Assembly: GCA_038087875.1 (NCBI GenBank)
Contig: CM075996.1
Span: 8,434,001-8,498,000 of the forward strand
Source: Malacoraja senta
Lineage: Eukaryota
Direction of reading: 5' to 3'
Length of the DNA stretch: 64,000 nt
This document shows, piece after piece, positions 11,630 to 23,373 of this stretch. A model generated the notes under the pieces. It did no database searches. It was not told where the DNA came from and saw only the letters and a list, made by a program, of their open reading frames with translations. The stretch's first letter is position 1; every line of letters starts with the position of its first letter. The translations under genes were made by a program, and so were the position numbers.

Positions 11630-14295
11630 ACAACCTCTTTAGTGTCTCACTTGTGGAAGAATCTCAGGGCCTTCTGAAGGTCCCCGCGTGAGGTGAAGGG
11701 GCGCGAATATCGAACGCTGCACGGGTACAAGGCCGCGCTTGTGTTTAAAAGGGAAACTGTTCAATTTTACTGCTGGTGTCTAGCAGAGAGAGATGATTCG
11801 TAGGTTGTAAATCCCGTGTGAATCAGCCCGTGTCTGAGAGAAGGACTCCTTTGTGTAGCAGTCGGCTGGATCCCCCGTGTGGATATGTGAGTGGACCCTG
11901 TGGAAGAAGAGGGGTGAATAGACCCTTTGCTGTGTGATGAGAGTCATTCTGTCCTCCCAGTCCGTCTCAACGTGTGGGGTGGTTCTGCCCCTTCCTGTTG
12001 CTGTAGACAGGCTGGCACAGCGGGTGGTCACCGCCTGCGTGATCCTGGGCTCCGCGTCCTGCCAGCCCGCACACCCACCGCAGGCCGTGTCCACAGAGCA
12101 AGTCCCTGTCCGTTTTTGTCTAGCCGTGAATCGGTGTGACTGGGTGATCGTTCCGGCATTGCGAGGAGGGTGTTTTTATTTTTGTTGTTGTTATTCATAG
12201 TTGAAAGATGTGCCGGTGTGTTTGCTGCCAGTGAGTGCCGGCGAGGCGGGCAGTTGTCGGCGCAGCGGGCCCCACGTGTCCGTCTGTGGAACGCAGCAGA
12301 ACCTGCCTGGGTTAATCTCGGACTAACCCACCGCAGTCTGAAGCAGCGGCCAGGACACCAGGTCCCGTGTGCGAGGGTCCTGCTGTGACATCGGCCAGTG
12401 TTGCAGTCAAGATGCCACAAGTGCAGCACGATACTGACTGATGTACTGTGATCAATTATATGTGGCCCCTTGTTAGAATGAGATGTAGACTGCTCCTTAT
12501 ATGGATGGATTCATTGTTGAGGACATATCGATGGCACGGTTCAACGTCAAGATACTTCCTACTAATAGGTGACCGGTTATAAATGACCCTCTTGGCTGCA
12601 CCTTCACCTGGATTTGGAAGTGTAGGGTTGGGGACTTTTCCCCGTGGCAACTGTCTAGTTCCATGTAGGAAGGAACTGCAGATGCTGGCTCTACGCTGAA
12701 GATAGACACAAAATGCCGGAGTAACTCAGCGGGTCTGACAGCATCGCTGCAGGGAAGGAAGATCCAGAGATGCCTTCTGTTCTGCTGAGCTGCTCCAGCA
12801 TTTTGTGTCTATCTTAACTGTCTACTTCCCATTGGGTATGGACTGCATCAAGAGAACAGACCCGTGAACACATTCACAACAGCCCCACATTCTCCCTGCT
12901 CCATCCAAGCCCCCCCAACCCTCTCTCCATCAGACCCCCAGTGTTCTGCTCCTCTGCCCGGCCCCTTCTTTCGTGTCCTTCTTCCATCTTTCAAATGTTG
13001 ACATCGCTGTCATTGTCCGTCCTGAAAAGGACGCAAGCTTCCGGCGACAATCAGTGGGGAGCCATCACTTGTTGCAATAGATGATGGTGGTGGCAGAATT
13101 AGCTCTGGATACTTCCAGTTTCCAGCCCTCCCCGCCACGTGCATGCTTGTGCCATGGGGCCGCCCTGCCCCTGCACGTGTGTTGTCTGTGCCAAAGTTGT
13201 TCCGAGACTGATGAAGCTTGGAGTGGTGCTGAGGGCTCCTCTGTCCTGTTATCAGCTGGGTCCACGCTCACACTCGCAGCGGCCGTCCTCTGTGTGGTGT
13301 CGGCCTTGGTGCAGTCTCTCTCTCTCTCTCTCTGGTCCGCGGTCCACTCGAGTGCTGGGGGTCCGTGTCCATCCCGGAATAAGGCAGCCGCACTCTCAGC
13401 TGGGTGCGGCAAGCCAAACTCATCACCCCCAACAAGATGGAGACCCCAACATCATTCCACCCTCGCCCACTGCTACCCGGGGGCACCTTGTCAGCTGTGC
13501 CACCGGGACCACAATTTGGGACGTGCGAGGTTGGCTGGTAACCGTCTGGTGCTGAAGTGGATCGACAAAAAGCTGGAGTAACTCAGCGGGACAGGCAGCG
13601 TCCTTGGGGAGAAGGAATGGGTGACCCTTGGGTCTCGACCCGAAACGTCACCCATTCCTTCTCACCAGAGTTGCTGCCTGTCCCGCTGTTACTCCAGCTT
13701 TTTGTGTCCATCTTCAGTTTAAACCAACATCTGCAGTTCCTTTCTCCACACTTGTGCTGAAGTAGGCTGGATTGTGTACGGGACGCTGTTTGTTTTCACG
13801 TAGCTGATGAACGATGTGAATGTCTTGCCTCTGTGGTTGATTCACATCCAGTCTCATTCCAACCACAGCCTGTGTTCCCATTTTTCTTTTAAAGAAACAG
13901 GAGCTGTTATCCAGAGAGGTGCGTGAAAGGTCCCAGAGATGTAATCATGGACGTTGTCCACTCGGTGGGGGGTGTATTTGTTTGCAATAAACTTGTTTTT
14001 TTATTAGAAATAAAGCTCCCAGGAGTAGAAAAGTTGTAATAAAAATGAACTGCGGATGCTGGTTTATACTAAGGATAGATACAAAATGCTGGAGTAACTC
14101 AGTGTGTCAGTCAGCATCTCTGGACAACGTGGATAGGTAACATTTCAGGCTGAAGAAGGGTCCCGACCTGAAACGTTACCTTTCCATTTCTCCAGAGATG
14201 CTGCCTGATCCGCTGAGTTACTCCAGCATTTTGTGTCTGTCTCCCAGGAGTAGCTTGGTTTGGTTGGAGCAGTGCTTTGAATCCCACCATCCTTA

Positions 14296-14511
14296 AGGGT
14301 GTGACCCACTTTCACGACCTAATGCACGACCTTTTTTACTCGTGGACATTTTTCATCATGTTGAAAAAACGCCCTGACCTACTTGATGCCACGAGTACCT
14401 ACGACTAGCATCACGACATACCCACGACCTACCTACGACCTTGTGACGTCCATGCTGCGAGTATGAGTCAAGGGCAAACTCGGCAGAGGTCGTGAAAGTG
14501 GGACAGGCCCT
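14296..14511. mobile_element. PIF/Harbinger-like MITE
   Basis: Ends AGGGTGTGACCCACTTTCACGACCT / AGGTCGTGAAAGTGGGACAGGCCCT; TTA on both flanks (3-bp TSD). Confidence 0.75.
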
Positions 14512-16933
14512 TTATGAGGCAGCTCCTGTTCTTTGTTGCTCAGTCACATTTGGGATGAGGAGCACATGACCTTTGTAACTGCCCCCCTTCCCTCCCGTAC
14601 GTGTGTGAGTCACCCTGAGAGATGTGGCCAGCACAGACTCCCCTAGCGTTGCTGGACGTGTGTAGACCCAGGAAAGGTGCAGTGATTTAAGGCATCGTCG
14701 AAGACGGGCTCCAGACTTCATTCATCAAACACATGCCAGCTAGCTGCACAGTGAAGGCAGCCGGGGCTGAACACAGGCAGGACTTTGTTCCCTTGTAACA
14801 CCGAGAGGCTAGCACCACTCACTCACTCACTCACAACCTGTACTGGTGTCCGGGCAGTGACCGCTGTAAGCAGCTTTTGGCTTTTGACCATTTTAAATGA
14901 TGCTCTGTACCCCAGTCGAGGGGCATGTCTGTACAGACCAGCAATGGTAGTCGGACAGGTTGTGTACATACGTTTATCTTCAAACAGTGTGTTCTGTTTC
15001 TTATATTTACAATACAACCCAAATAGATATTGTACAGAAAATAGCTGTCATGTCTTTCTTTCAAAGACCAGCCTTAAGCAAGCGCACAATACAGTAGTTG
15101 TAGGGTTGTTGGGCAGAGGGACGTCATTCTGTCCACTTTGCTGCATCGAGTGTGGGATGGACTGCAGATAATCACTAACGTTTCTGTCCTGGGGCCCGCT
15201 CCAATGCCAGAGTGAGGCCCCACACAAACTGGAGGGAACAACACCTTGGGTATTTACAACCGAATGGTATGAACATTGAATTCACCAATTTAATGTAAAA
15301 TATCCCTCCAACCCTCCCTTATCTGTGCAGCCACACCAGTGCATGCCATTTTGTCCCACCCTTCATACTCACCTCCCATCCCCGAGTGCCTCATTATTCA
15401 TTTACACCCTCACCGCCCTGCCCTTCCTCCCTCTGGCTTTACATCTTGCTCCCTGTATCCCTTCCTCTGACACACTTTGGTCTCTTTTTCATCTCTAGCC
15501 TTTGTCACTATCTCCACTCATCTGCTAATTCACCCCTCACCTGTATCCACCTATCACTTGCCAGGCTTTGTACCGCACCCCACCTCTCTTACAGCTTGTG
15601 TCGGAAGGAACTGCAGATGCTGGTTTAAATCGAAGGTAGACACAAAATGCTGGAGTAACTCAGTGGGACAGGCAGCATCTCTTGAGAGAAGGAATGGGTG
15701 ACGTTTCTAGTCGAGACCCTTCTCCAGACTTCTACAGCTTTCTCCTCCCCTATTCTCCAATTACCTGGTAACTTGATCTGAGCCAAATCTACTCAACATG
15801 AAGCCTTTCCTACAACCGTGACCTGTGACAGCAGAATATGGATAATAGCATCATAAATCTCCCGCTCCCTCTCTGTAAATGTGCTAGCGGTGCAGGCAGC
15901 ATCTGTGGAGGGAACGGACAGATGCTTGAGGGGGGGGGGTCGTTGCCTGTCCATTCCCTCCCCAGATGCCTGACTCGCTGAGTTCCTCCAGCCCTTTGTG
16001 TTTTGCTGAGGATTGCACCATCAGCAGTTCCTCATGCCCTTATTTGCTGTCGACCAGTTTGGGACATATTGCAAGGATGTGAAAGGCGCTATATAAATTC
16101 AAGCTTGGCTTCACATTATCCACCTGTAGCTGTTCCTCGTGGATGAGTCTCTGCTGCAGCCCAACAATCATGCCTGGCCCATCATGACAAACACTTGGTT
16201 ACATCCTACTGGTGTCAGGGGTTATGGGGAGCAGTCAGGAGAATGGGGTTAGGAGGGGGAGATAGATCAGCCATGATTGAATGGCGGAGTAGACTTGATG
16301 GGCTGAATAGCCTAATTCTGCTCCTATCACTTCTGACATACTGATATTCCTTTCCCAACAGCCCGACCAAGTATTCCATTTCATAACCTATCCAGGTCCT
16401 GTTTGGGAGTAGACGAAAATGCTGGAGAAACTCAGCGGGTGAGGCAGCATCTATGGAGCGAAGGAAATAGGCAACGTTTCGGGTGGAAACCCTTCTTCAG
16501 ACTGGCAACGTTTCGGGTTGAAACCCTTGTTTGGGAGTGGCTGTGTGTCCACTCATCTTCCACAAAGAGCAGTTCACATCACAGATCAATGCATGCTAAA
16601 GTTGATGTGCAGTACTTGAAGTTGGAACATACAGCACAAGAACAGGCCGTTTGGCCCATAATGTCAATTTAAAATGATCTTTACCTGCGCATGATCCATA
16701 TCCCTCCATTCCCTACATAGCCACGTGCCTATCTAAATGTATCGTGAACCCCCCCCCCACTATCGTATCTGTCCACACCTGGCAGAGCGTTCAAGGCCCA
16801 TTCTGCTCTCCAAGAAGAAAACTGTCCTGCACATTCTCAGAGGAAAGGAATGGGTGACGTTTCGGGTTGGAAATGTCACCCATTCATTTACTCCGGAGAT
16901 GCTGTCTGACCTGCTGAGTTACTCCAGCTTTTT

Positions 16934-17995
16934 CAAGTCAAGTCAAGTCACATTTATTTATATAGCACATTTTAAAAACAACTCTCGTTGGCCAAAGTGC
17001 TTTACATTTGTTATAAGAATAGCACAACAAAACAAACTACATACATATATACATGTAGCCCTCACTCAGAGGACGTCAGGAAAGGCTTGGGAGTATAGAT
17101 ACGTCTTTAGTCTTGACTTAAAAGAGTCGATGGAGAGGGCAGTTCCACAGTCTAGGGGCTGCAACCGCAAAGGCGCGGTCGCCCCTGAGCTTATGCCTAG
17201 ACCATGGGATATTCAGCAACCCCAAGTCGGCCGATCTGAGGGGCCTGGAGGTGGAGTGGTGGGTGAGAAGACTTTTTATGTAGGTGGGGCAAGCCCATTG
17301 AGGGTTTTGTAGACATGGAGGGGGATCTTGAAGTTTATACGGAGCCACACAGGGAGCCAGTGGAGAGACCAGGATCGGGGTGATGTGGTCCCCTTTTCGG
17401 GTGCCCGTCAGGAGTCTCGCTGCGGCGTTTTGGACCAGTTGCAGGTGGGACAGGGAAGATTGGCTGATGCCAGTGTAAAGGGAGTAGCAGTAATCTAGGC
17501 GGGAGGATATGAATGTGTGGATGATCTTCATCAAACTGGAGGAATTGTTTTATTTTAGCTATCGTCCGAAGCTGAAAGAAGCTAGCTTTTACCACGGCAT
17601 TGACTTGTTTGTCAAATTTCAGTGCTGAGTCAAATATCACGCCAAGGTTTTTGACGTGAGGTTTGAGTAGTGGGGTAAGGCTGCCTGCTATCATTTTGAT
17701 TGAGTCCGAGGGGCCGAGAAGGATGACCTCAGACTTACTCTCGTTTAGTTGGAGGAAGTTCTGGGCCATCCAACACTTTATATCCTCGAGGCAGTGGGTA
17801 AGGTTAAACAGATTTGATTGGTTTTGGGGCTTCAGGGGGAGATAGAGTTGTGTATCGTCTGCGTAGCAATGGAAGGAAATGCCGTGCCTTTCAATGACTT
17901 GGCCTAAGGGGAGCATATATAGGGAGAAGAGAATGGGGCCAAGGATGGAACCTTGTGGAACCCCACAGCACAGATTAGCTGGGGAGGAGAATGAG
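16934..17995 (-). mobile_element. L2-like LINE, 3' part with degenerate RT
   Basis: SFHCYADDTQLY, WMAQNFLQLNESKSE, ISSRLDYC, QLVQNAAARLL, GDRAFAVAAPRLWN across frameshifts; (CAAGT)n tail. Confidence 0.85.
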
Positions 17996-18828
17996 TTTTT
18001 GTGTCTATCTTCGCTTTAAGCCAGCATCTGCAGTTCCTTCCTACATATTAAAGTTATGCCCTCTGGTCTTTGACCATTCCACCCTGGGAGAAACATAGAA
18101 AATAGGTGCAGGAGTATGCCATTCGGCCCTTCGAGCCTGCACCGCCATTCAATATGATCATGACTGATCATCCAACTCAGTATCCTGTACCTCTCTCCAT
18201 ACCCCCTGATCCCTTTAGCCACAAGGGCCACATCTAACTCCCTCTTAAATATAGCCAATGAACTGGCCTCAACTACCTTCTGTGGCAGAGAATTCCAGAG
18301 ATTCACCACTCTGTGTGAAAAATGTTTTTCTCATCTCGGTCCTAAAAGACTTCCCCCTTATCCTTAAACTGTGACCCCTTGTTCTGGACTTCCCCAACAT
18401 CGGGAACAATCTTCCTGCATCAAGCCTGTCCAACCCCTTAAGAATTTTGTAAGTTTCTATAAGATCCCCCTAAGGGTTCTGACTGACTGTCTCTGCCCCT
18501 CATAATTTTATATACTCCAATCAGGTCACCCTTAACCTCAGTTCCAGATAAAACAATCAGAATTGTCCAGACTCTCTTCACAAATAATGGACTCTAATCC
18601 AGGTGGTTTGGTGAACCCCATGCACCCTCTATAAAGCCTGCACATCCTTCCCGAATTGGGCAACCAGAATTGCACCCAATACTCCTAACCCCAAAAGTTC
18701 TGATCATCTCCCTCCCGGTCCCTAAGTCGAATGCTGCAAATCTGTCCTTCACCAGAGATTCTGATGAATTCTCACCAAAACCTTCAATGTTTTGAATATT
18801 TCTATCAAAATAATGGATTTGCTCAAAC

Positions 18829-19233
18829 CAAAGATCCTATAACAAGCAAGATAGATCACTCGACGAAAAAGACGTAGTACGGTCATGGGCAGATTCATGG
18901 GGAATTTTCGGCCCCATTTCCGTAACCGGCTTCCGTCTCCGCACCAAAGATCCCATAGCGGAGCAAAGATATCTAGTGCGGAGACCGAAGCCGGTTACGG
19001 AAACATCCTCGTAAAAATCAAAGTTCTTTGGTAAAAATCTTCTCCTCATTTTCAGAATTATAATTTATTACCACAAACTGTTCCCCCGCAATGTTGATTA
19101 CACTGCGAGTCGGGTCGGGTCCGGTTACGGAAATGGATGGAAAAAAAGGCCCACGTTCCGTTCCGTTGCGTACTACACGTCAGCACATTGCATTTAGAAG
19201 GAGTGGTCTATCTTGCTTGCAAACGGATCTTTG
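18829..19233 (+). mobile_element. Non-autonomous P-family element (405 bp)
   Basis: CAAAGATCC...GGATCTTTG termini; perfect 8-bp TSD GCTCAAAC (18821-18828, 19234-19241); subterminal sequences resemble the left end at 23271 and the right end at 33560-33634. Confidence 0.85.
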
Positions 19234-22208
19234 GCTCAAACAGTGCATGGAGCTGAAATCATTCTCACCTCAATTGCTGAAGTCAACTGTCCGGCTACAA
19301 TGTTCTGTAATGCACTGGTGTACAATCTGTGCTCTCTCTCTCTAAGGGTTGTGCGTTCCTTGAGTTTGGTCAGTGTCGCCCATTATACTGCAAGCAGCTG
19401 ATGATGCTGGCAAATCCCTCTCCCCATCGAGAAGCCAAAAGAATGGGGTGGGAGATTGCAACCTTCACGTGGTCCACCCTGTTGCGACGAATGCCATCAA
19501 CCTGGCGTGCACAAACAGAAGATCAAACAGAACAAGTTGGCTCACAACGTTAGGCTGTGCACACCATACGCAAGAAGAAGTAGCCAAAAGAGCGGAGTTT
19601 GCCTGATGCAGCATTTACCATCTCCAACTCGAAACACTCCCTCCTCGTCTCAGAATCAAAAGCAGAGCCATGGCTAAGGTTTAACAATCGCCAGATATTG
19701 CCATCGGAGTTTGACCATCTAAAACGAGGTTTGCCATACACAGCGCTGCCGAGTTCCCCACTCGCTGTACACAAGGTTTTAAGTTCTGGGAGCAGAATTG
19801 GGCCATTCGACCCATCAAGTCTACTCTGCCATTCAATCACGGCTGATCCCAATTCTCCTGCCTTCTTCCCATAACCCCTGACACCCGTACTAATCAAGAA
19901 TCTGTCGATCTCTGCCGCCGTCTGTGGCAATGAATTCCACAGATTCACCACCCTCTGACCAAATAAATTCCTTCTCATTTCCTTCCTGAAGGGGGTTACG
20001 TGGATCTTGTATCTGCCCCCAGTGAGCCAAAGATTGCTGGGCCATGGGACAGAGGACCACCTGAGAGAATGTCCCTGCCCAGAACATAGAAGATATTTTA
20101 GTTCAATGCAGCACCTTTTCCAGAGCTTGGAACCTTGACAGCTCTCAGCTTGATCCCCCAGATGGACAATGTTTAAGAAAGAATTGCAGATGCTGGAAAA
20201 ATCGAAGGTTTTTTCCGAGACCCAAAACCTCACCTATTCCTTCGCTCCATAGATGCTGCCTCACCCGCTGAGTTTCTCCAGCATTTTGTCTGCCCAGATG
20301 GACAATCATCTGATGTGGGTAGACAAAAATGCTGGAGAAACTCAGCGGGTGAGGCAGCATCTATGGAACGAAGGAAATAGGCAACGTTTCGGGCCGAAAC
20401 CCTTCTTCAGACTGATCCAATGTTTCGGCCCGAAACGTTGCCTATTTCCTTCGCTCCATAGATGCTGCTGTACCCGCTGAGTTTCTCCAGCATTTTTGTC
20501 TACCCAGATGGACAATCATCTGATGTGTCTCAGAACTGTAGCACAAGGGTCAGAATCCCTTCCCCTCTCCTGCTAATAGGATGCCAGTGATTTTCAAAGG
20601 TTCTTTATTGTCATGTACGCAAGGCACAGTAAATTGTTTTGCACAACCCACAAATGCACAGGCACCATATTTTGACGGTGTTTACAATGAAAAGCTCCGT
20701 GCTGGAAGTACAGGAGCGGCCGTGGTGCAGGTGAGCCCCAGGCTGCGGCAGGCCTGCACCCAGCGTCGACTTACCTTCCCCGCCCGCCGCTGTGTCCCGG
20801 GGATGGGTGCCCCTCCTGCAGCCGACCTCAAAGTCCCTGTCCTACCGGCCCACTAGCAAGTTGTAGTACAATTAGGCCATTCGGCCCATCCAGTGCGGCG
20901 GCGCAGCGGTAGAGTTGCTGCCTCGCAGCGCCATGGACCCGGGTTCGATCCTGACTACGGGTGCTGTCGAGACGAAGTTTGTACCTTCTCCCCGTGACCT
21001 GTGTGGATTTTCTCCGGGTGCTCAGGTTTCCTCCCACACTCCAAGGACAGGTGCATAGTGCGTGGGATAGTGTGAGGTGATCGCTGATTGGTGCCAATTC
21101 GATGGGCCGAATGTATCTGGGCTGAATATCTCTCGCTATATCGCTAAACTAAACAAACTATGAGTTAGATAGAGCTCTAGGGGCTAGTGGAATCAAGGGA
21201 TATGGGGAGAAGGCAGGCACGGGTTATTGATTGGGGAAGATCATGCATGATCACAATGAATGGCGGTGCTGGCTCGAAGGGCAGAATGGCCTCCTCCTGC
21301 ACCTATTTTCTATGTTTCTATGTTTCTCTATAAGTCCACTGCCATTTAATCATGGCTGATTTCAGCCTCCTAATCCCATTTTCTGCCTTCTCCCCATAAC
21401 CCTAAAACCCGTTCTATTCAAGAATTTGTCCATCTCTGCCTTAAAAAATATCCCCTGACTTGGTCTTTGACTTTTTTTTTCCAATGCAATGACTGAGTCG
21501 TTGTACTAAAGGGACAGGTTAGTAGGAATTTGTTTTGCACATGTTCAGCCCAAGCCTTTCACTATTCGGTAAGTTTCAATGAGCCCCCCCCCCCCCCCCC
21601 TTTTAAACTCCAGCGAGTAATCATAATCATACTTTATTAGCCAAGTATGTTTTGCAACATACGAGGAATTTGATTTGCCAAGCCAGTCATACCAATAAAA
21701 AGCAACAAAACACACTAAATACATTTTAACATAACCATCCACCACAGTGACTCCTCCACATTCCTCACTGTGATTGAAGGCGAAAAAAAGTTCAATCGCT
21801 TCCCTTCTTTGTTCTCCCGCGATCGGGGGCCTCGAGCCTTCCATTGTCGGGGCAATCTTGGCTCCCGTAGCCGGCCCCATTGTCGGGGCAATCTTGGCTC
21901 CCGTAGCCGGCAGTCGGGACATCCGCGTCGGGGTGATCAAGCTCCTGCATCGGGGGGGTGTCAGCTCCCCCGCGCCGGGCGATCTGACCCCGGGTCGGGG
22001 CTAGTTGAACGTTCTGCATCGTTTGGAGCTTCCAGACATCGGTCTCTACCCGAGACTGTGAGCTCGTCAATGTTGAAACCCACACGCGGGTTGGAGCGTC
22101 GATCCCAAGCAAGGGATGGTAAGTCCACGCCCCGCGGTAGGGGTCAAAGTCAGTCCCGAGCAAGGCCAGGATGTTAGGCTGCAGAGCGACCAGAGATACG
22201 ATCCGGAA

Positions 22209-22242
<34 letters not shown>

Positions 22243-23373
22243 GAATGAATGAATGAATGATGATATCTTTTATTTCGAACGATTAATAAAAGAAGAAAAG
22301 AAAAGATGAAAATGAATAATAAATAAAGGAAAATTATATATATACATATATATATACATAAATACATACACACATACATACATGTACATGTACATATATA
22401 CATACATACATATACACATATTCACACATACACATATACATAACATATATGTACATACATAAATTAAAAAATCAAAAGCCAATTTCAACATAATACACAT
22501 TAGACTCGTTCGAAAAGGGATAGGAAGAAGCCTATGCTTGTCAAGTCCTAACCCCATTCTTCACCATTAACAAATGCAAAATTCAATAAAATAAACTAAA
22601 CAGACAATTCAAATAAAACTACTCCAATCAAGCTATTAAGAAAAAAGAACAAAAAAACAATCGCATCTCCGGCAAGGTAAGAGATTGAAAAAAAGTTTCC
22701 CCGACCCCCTCCCCCACAAAAAATAACAAAAAAGACAAAAAAACAGACAGACTGTTGGCGAGGCTGCCATCGCGGCGCCGCCCGGTGGATTACAGGCCAA
22801 GTACCATCAAACGCTCATCATATGTTAACCCACTCAATCCTGGGATCGTTCTCTAAACCTCCTCTGGACCCTCTCCAGTAGCAACACATCCTTCCTCAGA
22901 TAAGGAGCCCAAAACTGCTCACACAATTGCCCCAAATCCCATCTCTACAAACAACCATGCAACTCATCTTGCCTTCACGTGGAAATGCCTGGGGTAAGCG
23001 TGGGGTAAGGGCGAGGTCATGCACTTGGGGAGAGGAATCTAAAGGCCGATTACTACCCAAGTGGAACAAGACTGCAAGCAAATGGATTTCCAAGGGGGCA
23101 TTCAATGCTTCGATGATACTTTATTGTCACGTGTACCGAGCTACAGTGAAGTATCTGGAGCTGACAAAGTTACAAAGTACTCATTACATTCCTGATGGTC
23201 CCTCTTTGTTCTCGGCGCCCCCCTCCATCCCCGCAGTGTCCCTCTAGTGCTTGGCAGCCCCCCTGCTGAGCAAAGATTATATAGCAGAGCAAGATGCGCC
23301 ACTCAGCGAAAAAAGGGTAGTATGCCATGGGTGATTGTTGACGCCATTTTACCGGCGAGCCTCGACTACAGTC

